From a virus, in the IMG/VR virus record IMGVR_UViG_2875473743_000002, positions 12,292 through 76,291 of that record: DNA of 64,000 nucleotides. The stretch is one strand, 5' to 3'. This document shows positions 8,343 to 18,487 of the stretch, in pieces. Every line of letters starts with the position of its first letter. The stretch's first letter is position 1. The position numbers and the translations under genes were made by a program. The notes under the pieces were generated by a model that made no database searches, was not told where the DNA came from, and saw only the letters and a program-made list of their open reading frames with translations.

Positions 8343-9382
8343 CGAACACAAACGGAAGATCAGCCGCAAATTCACTGCGGGCACACATAAAAGAACCGAC
8401 CACATACGCGCAGCAGATTGCGGACGAATTGGTCGAATATCTAAACGAATGGCACTCGCTGCCGGAGACGTGGGATAACGCCCTGGACGCGCAGATTCAT
8501 AAATGGTACGCCAATGCTCCGAAAGTCTTTCCGAAGAAGCCGTATTTCTCGCCGTCATCTGCTAATGCTTGCCCTCGCGAGCTTTATCACAAGGCGATCG
8601 GATCTCCGAGAGACGAAACGAAAAAGCCTCCGTATCAAGGGCGATGGACTCGCATCGGTACGGCGATTGGCGATGTGATCCAGCGCGACATTCTCTTCAT
8701 GGAAAAACACTTCGAGAAGAAGACCGGCCGCCCCTGTCCGTTCAGCTTCGAAAAGAACGAAGATGGCACGCCGATGTTCGAGGATTTCGCGAAAAGGAAT
8801 CATCCGGTCACACATCGCGGATACTCGTTCAACCTCTACGGAACGTGCGATGGCATCATGCGCTACGTAACGGAAGACGGCGAAGTGCTGCGCGTTGGAC
8901 TCGAAATCAAGTCGAAGCAAACGACCGCCGCAAAGACGTCCCTCCATTCGATGCGACAACCGGAAGAAAAGCACGTCAAACAATGCGTCGCTTACGGTCC
9001 GATGTACGGCGTCGACCTTTACGTCATCCTCTACGTGAACGCGGCTAAGAAATCGTGGGTGTATCCGGAAGGGGAATTCGAAAAGTCGCCGGACATGCGA
9101 GCGTTCGGCATCGAAATTACGGCAGAAGACGTCGAGCAGCTATTCGATAGATTCGTAGATATCCGCAAGTCTGTCGAGGAGGGCTCGCCTTTACCGTTGG
9201 ACCTGAACGGATGGACGTTTAACGGATACAAGACGGCTATTGCGAAGTCGCTAACGGATGAAGAACTGGCGGATCTTCGCGCAAAAGTGTCGCGAGTATT
9301 GAGGTCGAACGTATACGAATCTACGAAACGGCAGTACGTTGATGCGCTCGAATTTATCGAAAGAGTGCGGGCAGATGAGTAG
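8339..9382 (+). CDS. PD-(D/E)XK (Cas4/RecB-like) exonuclease
   Basis: FSPSSANACPR, GTCDG, LEIKS, HVKQCVAY motifs. Confidence 0.75.
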   Translation: MTNTNGRSAANSLRAHIKEPTTYAQQIADELVEYLNEWHSLPETWDNALDAQIHKWYANAPKVFPKKPYFSPSSANACPRELYHKAIGSPRDETKKPPYQGRWTRIGTAIGDVIQRDILFMEKHFEKKTGRPCPFSFEKNEDGTPMFEDFAKRNHPVTHRGYSFNLYGTCDGIMRYVTEDGEVLRVGLEIKSKQTTAAKTSLHSMRQPEEKHVKQCVAYGPMYGVDLYVILYVNAAKKSWVYPEGEFEKSPDMRAFGIEITAEDVEQLFDRFVDIRKSVEEGSPLPLDLNGWTFNGYKTAIAKSLTDEELADLRAKVSRVLRSNVYESTKRQYVDALEFIERVRADE

Positions 9383-9932
9383 CGCCAAGCCTATCCGGTG
9401 CCTTGCGTTCGACACCTCGATGACCTGCCCAGGCGTGGCGATCATCGAGGTACGCAACCGAAAGCCAACGATCAAAGCGCTATCACACGTCAAGCCAAAC
9501 CCTAGCCGGTCACACGCGCATCGAGCCGAAGTTATCGAAGGGTGGGCGCTGATGTTCCTCGATAAAAACTACCCGCGAGATGGATTCGACTATGTGGTAC
9601 GGGAGGACTTCGCAGGCAAAACGTCGACCTCGAACTATCCGGTTCTGGCGGCGTGGAACGCGTGCGAACGAGCAACGTCGCGATTCGGGTTAACGTTCGA
9701 TAAGCATTGGAAGACTCCAACCGCAAAGCAACCGCAACTCGGAATATCAGCAACGCGTGTTAAGTCGTTGGTTGCCGGATCAGGCAACGCAGAAAAGGAC
9801 GAAGTTGAGGCGGCGGTGCGGCGTATGACCGGATATACCGGCGAGTTCGCTAATTTCGACGAGAGCGATGCGGCTGCGATCGGACTTGCGTGGCTGATTC
9901 ATGTTGGCGTAATAGATAAACCGAAGGAGTGA
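9375..9932 (+). CDS. RuvC-like Holliday junction resolvase
   Basis: LAFDTS, VVRED, AEKDEV, DESDAAAIG acidic motif set. Confidence 0.8.
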   Translation: MSSAKPIRCLAFDTSMTCPGVAIIEVRNRKPTIKALSHVKPNPSRSHAHRAEVIEGWALMFLDKNYPRDGFDYVVREDFAGKTSTSNYPVLAAWNACERATSRFGLTFDKHWKTPTAKQPQLGISATRVKSLVAGSGNAEKDEVEAAVRRMTGYTGEFANFDESDAAAIGLAWLIHVGVIDKPKE

Positions 9933-10303
9933 TTCGAATGGATAAAGCGATGGAGTATATCGACAAGCTGGCAGCAAAGCTCGGAGTCGCGGCCGAGCAT
10001 GTATACGGAGTTCTCGTAAAGCAGGCGTTTGCTAACGGTGTGACTGATTCGATTATCGGGTTCGTTTTTCTAATGATCGCAGTTATTGCGGGAGTCATAA
10101 TTACGAAGGTGACTGTAAAATCGTATGAGAAGAGCCATTGTAGTTGGGATTACGAATGGTTTCCCGTGGTGCTTGCTGTTTGTTTTTTAGTGGTTACTCC
10201 GGGAGGATTCGGTATTTATTCGATCACCGAAGGAATCAAAGCGCTAATCAACCCGGAATACTACGCGATCAAAGAAATCCTCGACACGATCGGAGGGAAG
10301 TGA
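9929..10303 (+). CDS. Hypothetical membrane protein
   Basis: Two hydrophobic segments. Confidence 0.7.
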   Translation: MIRMDKAMEYIDKLAAKLGVAAEHVYGVLVKQAFANGVTDSIIGFVFLMIAVIAGVIITKVTVKSYEKSHCSWDYEWFPVVLAVCFLVVTPGGFGIYSITEGIKALINPEYYAIKEILDTIGGK

Positions 10304-10306
10304 TCG

Positions 10307-10537
10307 GTGGAAGAGCATAGAAATATGATGATTCTTAAACAGGAGATATTTGATGGCTTTATTTATTCGGCGGTTGCTTTAACTCGCCAAATTCAAGCTA
10401 AGCAAGGTAAAGAAAATGAAATAATAACGCAGGAAGAGGCTGATTTTGTCAATGCGTTTCTTGTGTACGCTAAGGAACTCGCAGACACATTGCATGAACG
10501 ATATAAGGATGAATTAGGAGGCGGCTCGAATGTTTAA
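10307..10537 (+). CDS. Hypothetical protein
   Basis: ORF with SD, coupled to neighbours. Confidence 0.6.
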   Translation: MEEHRNMMILKQEIFDGFIYSAVALTRQIQAKQGKENEIITQEEADFVNAFLVYAKELADTLHERYKDELGGGSNV

Positions 10538-10799
10538 ACAGCGACTTATCGGAGCATTAGCGCACTTGGCTGCGCTCACCTTATTACTCGGACTGTTTTC
10601 TGCGGGATGCCTGACCGGCTTTGTCATCGTGACGGCACTGTTATCGGTCCCAGCGGTTGGCACAGTCGTTAAAGTCGGAATTACAATTGCAGTGGTTTTC
10701 ATGGTAACCGCGTTACTCGTCGGATTAGCTGACCGACTGTACACCGCATACCGCGAACATAAACGCGTTCAAAATGACGTAGAGGAGGAAACGCAATGA
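10530..10799 (+). CDS. Hypothetical membrane protein
   Basis: Hydrophobic segments; coupled ORF. Confidence 0.65.
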   Translation: MFKQRLIGALAHLAALTLLLGLFSAGCLTGFVIVTALLSVPAVGTVVKVGITIAVVFMVTALLVGLADRLYTAYREHKRVQNDVEEETQ

Positions 10800-10996
10800 A
10801 ATACGAATGCTACGGCGTCCCGGCCGCACAGTTGCGACAGTCCTTGCGATGGCTTGACGAACAGCTTACCGATGTTGATTACGCAATCAGTCGGCATGAA
10901 CGGAAGAGGGTCGAGTTGGAAATCGAACGTGACCGGATTCTGGCGCGAAAAGACGAGATCGAGGCGGAACTAAAACGGAAGGAGTCGATCGAATGA
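10796..10996 (+). CDS. Hypothetical coiled-coil protein
   Basis: ATGA overlaps at both ends. Confidence 0.65.
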   Translation: MKYECYGVPAAQLRQSLRWLDEQLTDVDYAISRHERKRVELEIERDRILARKDEIEAELKRKESIE

Positions 10997-11142
10997 CATA
11001 CGTTGCGATAGCGTGCCTATTACTTTTTACGCTGCTAGCACTCGTAGAGGAAACGAAAACAAAAGCGGAAAGACTCGCGAAAATTATCGTCCTAATTATG
11101 TACGCAATTCCTATCGGAGTGTTGGTGGCGTCGTTATGCTAA
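10993..11142 (+). CDS. Small two-helix membrane protein (49 aa)
   Basis: Manual translation MTYVAIACLLLF...IPIGVLVASLC; not in ORF track. Confidence 0.6.
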   Translation: MTYVAIACLLLFTLLALVEETKTKAERLAKIIVLIMYAIPIGVLVASLC

Positions 11143-11498
11143 TCGCCTACTACTCGCTGGCCGGCAACGTACGCCGATTCGTAGCCAAGACCGGTCTGCC
11201 TGCTGTCGAAATTAAGGCGGATATGCTTTTAACGGAGCCGTTCGTCTTGGTAACGGGAACTTACGGCTTCGGCCAGGTCGCCGGCACCGTTTGGGATTTC
11301 CTCGCAGACAATGGCGATTTAATGGCGGGCGTGGCTGCGTCAGGCAATCGCAACTGGGGCGGTAACTTCGCAAAGGCGGCGGATCTGATTGCGGAAGAAT
11401 ACGGAGTGCCGATCGTTCACAAGTTCGAGTTGGCGGGCACTGCGGAGGATGTCGCTAAAGTTCGCGAGTTTGTGAGCGAATATTTACGGAAAGGGTGA
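11136..11498 (+). CDS. nrdI: Class Ib ribonucleotide reductase flavodoxin
   Basis: YYSLAGNVRRF, GTYGFGQV, ASGNRNWG, KFELAG. Confidence 0.93.
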   Translation: MLIAYYSLAGNVRRFVAKTGLPAVEIKADMLLTEPFVLVTGTYGFGQVAGTVWDFLADNGDLMAGVAASGNRNWGGNFAKAADLIAEEYGVPIVHKFELAGTAEDVAKVREFVSEYLRKG

Positions 11499-11504
11499 GA
11501 GCTA

Positions 11505-12224
11505 TTGACGAATAAGCATGCGAAGTATATCGAACTTAATAACGAAATTATGATACGGAAGAACGGCAGCTTTCAATTCGAAAAGGATGCCGAAGCCGTC
11601 CGCAGTTATTTCATAGATTACGTAAATCAGAATACGGTCTTTTTCCACGATCTGCGCGAAAAGCTCGACTATCTGATCGAGAACGACTACTACGAGCGCG
11701 AAGTCTTCGAGCCGTATACATTCGATGAAATAAAAGCGGTCTACAAGGCAGCCTACGCGAAAAAGTTCCGTTTCCCTTCGTTCATGAGTGCGTTCAAGTT
11801 TTACAACGATTACGCTCTGAAGACGAACGATAAGAAGAAGATCCTCGAACGCTACGAAGACCGCATCGCCATCTGCGCGCTATTCTTCGCGAAAGGAGAC
11901 GCAGCCAAGGCGATCGAGTTTGCGGAAATGATGATCCGGCAGGAATATCAACCGGCCACACCGACGTTCTTGAATGCCGGACGGAAGCGACGCGGCGAAC
12001 TCGTATCGTGCTTCCTTCTCGAAGTAGGCGACTCGCTAAACGATATCAGTCGCGCGGTAGATATGGCGATGCAGCTTTCGAAACTTGGCGGCGGAGTGTC
12101 GTTGTCGCTATCGAAAATCAGGGCGAAAGGCGAGTCGATTAAAGGCGTTGAGAATTCGACGAAAGGCGTCGTCGGCGTCATGAAGCTGCTCGATAATGCG
12201 TTCCGATATGCGGATCAAATGGGT
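11505..12224 (+). CDS. nrdE: Ribonucleotide reductase alpha subunit, exon 1
   Basis: YQPATPTFLNAG, LVSCFLL, GGGV; ends ADQMG at intron. Confidence 0.93.
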
Positions 12225-13161
12225 TGAATTGGCCCCTTTCGTCAGCAATGGCGATCGAAAACCTCTTTAATTCATGGGAACTCCTCAAAGCGGTAGGGCC
12301 AAAAACTACTAAAGGAGGACGATCATGAGCGAAGCAAGACGACCGCATAACAAATTGGATATCGATGAGGATTTTATTCGCGAGAATTACTACAAAATGA
12401 GCGCTAGAGAAATCGGTGAGGTGTTAGGGGTTTCAAGAGAAGCAATAAATCATCGGGTGATGAAGATGGGGCTGCGGAAGACGAAAATACCCTTCGTTCT
12501 GGAAGATGGAGAAGAGTTGGTTCCTATAGAGGGTTTTCCTGATTACGGAATCACCAACCATAGTCGAGTTGTTAATTTGAGACGTATGACTTTGGTCAAA
12601 ACAAAGAAAGATCGAGAAGGGTACGTCAAAGTAACTCTCTACAGAGACGGTAAAGCTGTTGGCAGACGGGTTCACCGTTTAGTAGCTCTTCACTTTATAC
12701 CCAACCCGAACAAGCTACCGCAAGTAAATCATATTGACGGGGATAAGTCAAACCCTAGCATCGATAATCTGGAGTGGGTGACACCAAAGGAGAATGCTCA
12801 GCACGCCTCAAAACACGGGTTGCTTTGCGTCGGTGAAAGTCATCCGTCTTCCAAAATCACCGAACAACAAGCGCGATCTATATTGCAAGAGTATCAAAAC
12901 GGTAAGAGCATTTCGGAAATACGAAAAGCTCACTTATACGCGAGTAAATCGATAGTCGAGAAGATCTGTTGGCGGCATAGATGGAAACATCTCGATAAAA
13001 CGTCTTGAACGTGCAACGACTAGGCGAAAGCCGTAGGCTGCAAGCGATTGGCAGTCGAAACAGGAGGCGCCCCACGCGGGCGAAGATATAGTCTAATCTT
13101 CGTGGTAACACGGAGCAGCCGAAAGGCGGGGCGTGCGAAGCGAACACGTCCGAATGGTCTG
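12225..13161 (+). ncRNA. Group I self-splicing intron in nrdE (937 nt)
   Basis: Exon 1 ends in T, intron ends in G; R element CAACGACTAG (13014-13023) and S element AAGATATAGTCT (13083-13094); splicing restores ADQMG|QRQGAGAAY. Confidence 0.92.
12325..13008 (+). CDS. Intron-encoded NUMOD4-HNH homing endonuclease
   Basis: PIEGFPDYGITN, VHRLVALHF, VNHIDGDKSNP..NLEW; N- and C-terminal HTH-like segments. Confidence 0.9.
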   Translation: MSEARRPHNKLDIDEDFIRENYYKMSAREIGEVLGVSREAINHRVMKMGLRKTKIPFVLEDGEELVPIEGFPDYGITNHSRVVNLRRMTLVKTKKDREGYVKVTLYRDGKAVGRRVHRLVALHFIPNPNKLPQVNHIDGDKSNPSIDNLEWVTPKENAQHASKHGLLCVGESHPSSKITEQQARSILQEYQNGKSISEIRKAHLYASKSIVEKICWRHRWKHLDKTS

Positions 13162-14541
13162 CAAAGACAGGGAGCCGGCGCAGCGTATCTCAACGTATTT
13201 CATGCGGATATTGATGCGTTCCTGGATACGAAGAAGATCAGCGCAGATGAAGACGTCCGGGTCAAGACGCTGTCGATCGGCGTTGTCATTCCGGATAAGT
13301 TCATCGAATTGGCTCGCGAAGACCGGGACGCATACGTTTTCTATCCGCACACGGTCTATAAGGAATACGGAGAGCATCTTGACGAAATGGATATCGGAGA
13401 AATGTACGATAAGCTCGTCGAGAATCCGAACGTTCGGAAAGATAAAATCAACCCGCGACAGCTGCTCGAAAAGCTTGCGATTCTGCGGTCTGAGTCAGGC
13501 TATCCGTACATCATGTTCGAAGATAACGTAAACGCGGCTCATGCGCTGAATCACATTTCGAAGGTAAAGTTTTCGAATCTCTGTAGCGAGGTGCTTCAAG
13601 CGTCGCAGGTATCGGAATACACCGACTATGGCGAACCGGACGAAATTGGCCTCGACATTTCGTGTAATCTCGGCTCGCTGAACATTGCGAACGTCATGGC
13701 GAATAAGTCGATCGAGCAAACGGTTAAGCTCGCAGTCGATTCGCTGACGGTCGTATCAGAATCAACGAATATCAAGAACGCGCCAGCCGTCGCAAGAGCT
13801 AACCGTGAGATGCGTTCGATTGGACTTGGCGCGATGAACTTACATGGTTATCTAGCGCAGAATGGTATCGCATATGAATCGGAAGAGGCTCGCGACTTTG
13901 CTAACGTATTCTTCGCGTTGGTGAATTATTGGTCGCTTGTAAGATCAAATATGCTCGCAAAGAAAACCGAGAGCCCCTTCGAAGGATTTGAAGGATCTAC
14001 GTACGCAGACGGAAGCTATTTCGATAAATACATTAGCGGAGACTTCAGCCCTAAAACGGATAAAGTAAAAGCGTTATTCGACGGTATTTGGTTACCTGAC
14101 GAACAAAACTGGTTATACCTTTCGCAATGTGTTAAAGACTTCGGACTCTACCATTCGTATAGACTAGCGATCGCACCGACGGGATCTATTTCGTACGTTC
14201 AGTCAGCGACGGCGTCAGTCATGCCGATTATGGAGCGGATTGAGGAGCGGACATACGGAAATTCCAAGACGTATTATCCGATGCCGGGGCTTAGCGCGAA
14301 GAATTGGTTCTTCTATAAGGAAGCGTACGACATGGATATGTTCAAAGTCGTCGATATGATCGCGACAATTCAGCAGCACGTCGATCAAGGCATTTCATTT
14401 ACGTTGTTCTTAAAGGATACGATGACGACGCGCGATCTTAACCGAATTGACCTTTACGCGCATCACAAAGGAATCAAGACGCTGTATTATGCGCGGACTA
14501 AAGATACGACTGCGGAGGGTTGTCTATCATGCGTAGTTTAA
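13162..14541 (+). CDS. nrdE: Ribonucleotide reductase alpha subunit, exon 2
   Basis: FSNLCSE, CNLGSLN, AIAPTGSIS, C-terminal CLSCVV. Confidence 0.93.
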   Translation, partial: QRQGAGAAYLNVFHADIDAFLDTKKISADEDVRVKTLSIGVVIPDKFIELAREDRDAYVFYPHTVYKEYGEHLDEMDIGEMYDKLVENPNVRKDKINPRQLLEKLAILRSESGYPYIMFEDNVNAAHALNHISKVKFSNLCSEVLQASQVSEYTDYGEPDEIGLDISCNLGSLNIANVMANKSIEQTVKLAVDSLTVVSESTNIKNAPAVARANREMRSIGLGAMNLHGYLAQNGIAYESEEARDFANVFFALVNYWSLVRSNMLAKKTESPFEGFEGSTYADGSYFDKYISGDFSPKTDKVKALFDGIWLPDEQNWLYLSQCVKDFGLYHSYRLAIAPTGSISYVQSATASVMPIMERIEERTYGNSKTYYPMPGLSAKNWFFYKEAYDMDMFKVVDMIATIQQHVDQGISFTLFLKDTMTTRDLNRIDLYAHHKGIKTLYYARTKDTTAEGCLSCVV

Positions 14542-14561
14542 ACGAAAAGGAGGACGAATAA

Positions 14562-15530
14562 TTGACGCAATATACAGCGGCCAACTGGTCGCAACACGAC
14601 GACGGATTCACGCAGATGTTTTACGAACAGAACGTTAAGCAGTTTTGGTTGCCGGAAGAGATTTCGCTAAACGGCGACCTCCTGACGTGGAAGTATCTCG
14701 GAGCCAACGAACAGGATACGTATATGAAAGTACTCGCGGGGCTGACACTGCTCGACACGGAGCAAGGGAATACAGGTATGCCAACAATTGCTGAGCATGT
14801 GGAAGGGCATCAGCGCAAAGCGGTGCTGAATTTCATGGCGATGATGGAAAACGCAGTTCACGCCAAGTCCTATTCAAACATCTTCATGACGCTTGCGCCA
14901 ACGGAGAAAATCACGGAACTGTTCGAATGGGTGAAGACGAATCGCTACTTGCAGCGGAAAGCCGAAATCATTGGCGGACTGTATAACGCGATTGAGGCAG
15001 GCGATGACATTTCGTTATACAAGGCGATGGTTGCGTCGGTCTACCTCGAAAGTTTCCTTTTCTACAGCGGATTTTATTATCCGTTATATTTCTACGGTCA
15101 AGGGAAGCTGATGAACAGCGGCGAGATCATTAATTTGATTATCCGCGACGAAGCGATCCACGGCGTCTATGTCGGTTTGCTTGCGCAGGAAATTTACAAT
15201 CGCCAGTCACCGGGCGTACAGATCGAATTGCGCGACTTTGCCGTCGAATTGCTTGCGGAACTCTACGAGAATGAGGCCGCCTACACCGAAGACCTGTACG
15301 ACCAAGTCGGACTGACTCACGACGTTAAGAAGTTCGTGCGATACAACGGAAACAAGTCGCTTGCTAACCTCGGATTTGATCCGTATTTCGAAGATGAAAC
15401 GGTAAATCCGATCGTGTTGAACGGGTTGGATACGAAGACGAAATCGCATGACTTCTTTTCAATGAAAGGTAACGGATACAAAAAAGCGACGGTCGAGCCG
15501 TTGCAGGACAGCGATTTCTGCTTCGAGTAA
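14562..15530 (+). CDS. nrdF: Ribonucleotide reductase beta subunit
   Basis: [29 protein letters not shown]. Confidence 0.95.
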   Translation: MTQYTAANWSQHDDGFTQMFYEQNVKQFWLPEEISLNGDLLTWKYLGANEQDTYMKVLAGLTLLDTEQGNTGMPTIAEHVEGHQRKAVLNFMAMMENAVHAKSYSNIFMTLAPTEKITELFEWVKTNRYLQRKAEIIGGLYNAIEAGDDISLYKAMVASVYLESFLFYSGFYYPLYFYGQGKLMNSGEIINLIIRDEAIHGVYVGLLAQEIYNRQSPGVQIELRDFAVELLAELYENEAAYTEDLYDQVGLTHDVKKFVRYNGNKSLANLGFDPYFEDETVNPIVLNGLDTKTKSHDFFSMKGNGYKKATVEPLQDSDFCFE

Positions 15531-15580
15531 GCGTCCATTAACGAAAGTATATTCGCAGTTATTAACGAGGAGGGTTTCGT

Positions 15581-16135
15581 ATGAACGTAAACATTAAACG
15601 CCTATCACCCGATGCAAAAATCCCGCAATATGCTCACGCTTCAGACGCCTGCTTCGACCTGGTTGCGGCAGAAGACGTCGTTATCGAGCCGGGAGAAACC
15701 GCGCTAGTCAAAACGGGGCTAGCGTTCGAGGTTCCGGAAGGCTACGAAATGCAGATTCGGCCACGCTCCGGCATTACGCTGAAGACGAAGCTTCGCGTTC
15801 AGCTCGGTACAGTTGACGCGGGATATCGGGGCGAGGTCGGAGTGATTGTCGATAATATTGCGCCATTAAATATGGAAGTTCCTTTCGACTACGGACCGTT
15901 AATGGTTACCGGAGAGATTTATAGAATGAACGGAGACTTGCCGCAGTTTTCGTACATCATCCGCAAAGGTGATCGCATCGCCCAGGCCGTAATTAAGCCG
16001 GTCGAGCAGGCGGCTTTTACAGAAGTGACTGAGTTGGGCGATAGCGATCGGGGAGCGGGCGGCTTCGGGAGTAGCGGTGTCGGAAGTCCCCATCCGGAAT
16101 ATTTCGGAGAGCCGATCGGAAAGGAGCTGATATAA
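15581..16135 (+). CDS. dut: Trimeric dUTPase
   Basis: CFDL, RPRSG, GTVDAGYRGE, GDRIAQ, RGAGGFGSSG. Confidence 0.93.
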   Translation: MNVNIKRLSPDAKIPQYAHASDACFDLVAAEDVVIEPGETALVKTGLAFEVPEGYEMQIRPRSGITLKTKLRVQLGTVDAGYRGEVGVIVDNIAPLNMEVPFDYGPLMVTGEIYRMNGDLPQFSYIIRKGDRIAQAVIKPVEQAAFTEVTELGDSDRGAGGFGSSGVGSPHPEYFGEPIGKELI

Positions 16136-16362
16136 TGCCGCAAACATACGCATGTTTCATTAACGGAAAGTTTTACGGCGCGGGCGATCTCGAATACATG
16201 AACGAACTGTTTCGCGATTATGTTGTCACTTCCGAAATGTACGGAAAAGACGATTGCACTTTTCGGATCACAACGAAAGAGAAAGCGAGAGAAATAGTTA
16301 CGCAATCTATTAACGACCAATACCGAAGAGTTTTCGAAAGTCTAGCGAAGGAGGACGAATAA
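16135..16362 (+). CDS. Hypothetical protein
   Basis: Coupled ORF with SD. Confidence 0.65.
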   Translation: MPQTYACFINGKFYGAGDLEYMNELFRDYVVTSEMYGKDDCTFRITTKEKAREIVTQSINDQYRRVFESLAKEDE

Positions 16363-17187
16363 ATGGCGGAAACCAAAATGAACGTACAGCTAATCGCCCA
16401 TACACTAGTTTCAGAGAAATTTGCGAAAATGTTCGCGCTTAACGAAACTGAGGACGCATTGACTGACGTTGGCGAATTATTTCGTGAGGGCGTAACTGAC
16501 GGTCAAGCGGTCGCCCTAACCGCAATCAGAACGTGTTATTCACCGAACAAGCCGTCCGAAATCGTCGCAAAGGAAGGCGTCAAGTATTTCGGATCCAAAG
16601 CGTCAGATGGCGGTGCAGGCACGGACGCCGACCGGCTATTCCGAATGATCGTACGTTCCGGCCACACGTCAACACTCGAACACCTTTCGTTCACCTTTGC
16701 GATTGAAGGCGTCAGCCGGGCGTTATTGGCGCAACTTACACGGCATCGCGTCGGTTTTAGCTTCAGCGTCCAGTCACAGCGCTATGTACGGATGGGAAGC
16801 GATGATAAGATCGGTGGGTTCGATTACGTGGTCCCTACGACAGTAACCGAAGATAAAACTGCAGACATGTACGATTTTGTATACGGAGCACCGATGGAAG
16901 ATCGCCCTTCACCGGAAATATTTGCGGAAGCTATGGCGATCGCTCAACAAACATACGACAAGCTCCGGGAAGCCGGTGTTCCAGCCGAAGATGCCCGCGC
17001 CGTCCTCCCGCAAGCAGCCGCAACGAATCTCGTAATGACTACGAATCTACGGTCGTTACTCGAATTCTATTCGAAACGTAAGCCGGGCAAAGGTGCGCAA
17101 AAGGAGATCGCTGACCTGGCGGAAGCCTTACGCCAGGAAGTCGTTAATGTAGAGCCGTGGACCGCGCAATTCTTCGAGGAGGTGTAA
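16363..17187 (+). CDS. thyX: Flavin-dependent thymidylate synthase
   Basis: GHTSTLEH, RHRVGFSFSVQSQRY (RHRx7-8SxR), EDARAVLP. Confidence 0.92.
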   Translation: MAETKMNVQLIAHTLVSEKFAKMFALNETEDALTDVGELFREGVTDGQAVALTAIRTCYSPNKPSEIVAKEGVKYFGSKASDGGAGTDADRLFRMIVRSGHTSTLEHLSFTFAIEGVSRALLAQLTRHRVGFSFSVQSQRYVRMGSDDKIGGFDYVVPTTVTEDKTADMYDFVYGAPMEDRPSPEIFAEAMAIAQQTYDKLREAGVPAEDARAVLPQAAATNLVMTTNLRSLLEFYSKRKPGKGAQKEIADLAEALRQEVVNVEPWTAQFFEEV

Positions 17188-17189
17188 GC

Positions 17190-17735
17190 ATCGGAATCCT
17201 AACGAATTTCACGCTAACAGCGCAGCTATTCTCCGGCCACTGTCCGGCAGATCAGCCGCCAGAACCGCCAAGGATAACGCCAGAGCAGGCCGCCATCCAA
17301 TCGGCTGAATCGCGCAACAGAGAATTAACGAAAGAGATAACGAAAAAAGACGAGAAGATACAGGCGCTTGAGGACGAAATCAAGGCGTTGAAGAAAACGA
17401 AGAAGCCGGCTTCGTCCGCTACTAAAACGTCAGCCTGGCGGGCATATGAGGTCACCGCCTACACTAACGGCTTCTCATCGACTGGTAAATCTAAAGGCGA
17501 TCCCGGTTATGGGATAACAGCTAGCGGAAAGAAAACAGCAGAAGGAAGGACGATAGCATGTCCGCCGTCCATTCCCTTCGGAACAAGAGTTCAAATCGAA
17601 GGTGTTGGCGTTAGAGTTTGCGAGGACAGGGGCAGCGCAATAAAGGAAGGGCATCTTGATGTTTACGTACGATCAGAAAAAGAAGCGCTCTCATTCGGAA
17701 GGAGGTCGCTACGTGCCAAAATTATTAACAACTGA
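17190..17735 (+). CDS. 3D-domain peptidoglycan-binding/hydrolase protein with coiled coil
   Basis: VTAYT, ITASG, IACPPSIPFGT, CEDRGSAIK...LDVY; start inferred at ATC after strong SD. Confidence 0.8.
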   Translation: MGILTNFTLTAQLFSGHCPADQPPEPPRITPEQAAIQSAESRNRELTKEITKKDEKIQALEDEIKALKKTKKPASSATKTSAWRAYEVTAYTNGFSSTGKSKGDPGYGITASGKKTAEGRTIACPPSIPFGTRVQIEGVGVRVCEDRGSAIKEGHLDVYVRSEKEALSFGRRSLRAKIINN

Positions 17736-18486
17736 CGGAACGGAAGTTTTAGTAGATCAAGATATCCTAGAAAAATACGACGAATACAAATGGTCTATCA
17801 GTAAACGAGGAGATGTCTTGTCTTGGCAGCCGATTCACGGTAAGAGAGGCCTTTTCTTACGTAAGTTGGTTTTAGGTGAGACGAAGAGGAATATTCATAT
17901 CAGACATATCAACGGGGATAAGCTTGATTGTAGAAGAGAGAATTTGAGTAGAACAAATTTAGAATTCAAAACTTATGAGGGGCATATTATTGCAACGATC
18001 CCAGGTAAAACCTCCTTTCTTATCGATGAACAAGACAAAGAGGTTGTATCAAAATATTTTTGGTCAAAGATGAAATGTGGCTACATCTATTCCCCGACAT
18101 TAAAAACGTATCTTCACAGACTGCTAACCGATTGTCCAGACAATTTGTATGTAGATCACGCGAACGGAAATAAACTTGACAACAGGCGCTCAAATCTGAG
18201 GATCGTAACTAACTCCCTCAATCAAGTCAATAGGCCAAAACAGAGAAATTCTAGCAAAAGAACATACTCTAGCGTGTACAAAGGTGTCTCGCGAACAAGA
18301 GAAGGGAAGTTCGTTGCTCGAGTTAAACGAAAACATCTCGGAACTTTCAGTACTGAAGTTGCGGCAGCAAATGCCTATAACTATGAAGCTATAAAACAGT
18401 TTGGGGAATACGTGGTTTTAAATGACGTCCCTGAAATACCTCAAGAGAAATTAAAGTTTTATCGTATTACGAAAGGAGCTCGATAA
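17713..18486 (+). CDS. Free-standing HNH endonuclease (tandem HNH) with AP2 domain
   Basis: HINGDKLDCRRENL and DHANGNKLDNRRSNL; SVYKGVS...HLGTF...AANAYN; SD GGAGGT before GTG 17713. Confidence 0.85.
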   Translation: MPKLLTTDGTEVLVDQDILEKYDEYKWSISKRGDVLSWQPIHGKRGLFLRKLVLGETKRNIHIRHINGDKLDCRRENLSRTNLEFKTYEGHIIATIPGKTSFLIDEQDKEVVSKYFWSKMKCGYIYSPTLKTYLHRLLTDCPDNLYVDHANGNKLDNRRSNLRIVTNSLNQVNRPKQRNSSKRTYSSVYKGVSRTREGKFVARVKRKHLGTFSTEVAAANAYNYEAIKQFGEYVVLNDVPEIPQEKLKFYRITKGAR

Positions 18487-18487
18487 A

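Noticed and set aside
7797-8558. Long antisense or alternate-frame ORFs (e.g. 7797-8558, 35872-36621, 43189-44568)
   Set aside because: Shadows of well-supported genes on the other strand, with no SD or motifs
8339-9382. Cas4-like nuclease as evidence of a CRISPR system
   Set aside because: No cas1/cas2 and no repeat-spacer array seen; it sits in a phage recombination module
13560-13600. Intein in NrdE as in SPbeta
   Set aside because: FSNLCSEVLQ is contiguous and the spliced length is normal
14562-15530. Intron in nrdF
   Set aside because: Single uninterrupted 322-aa ORF with all metal-ligand motifs
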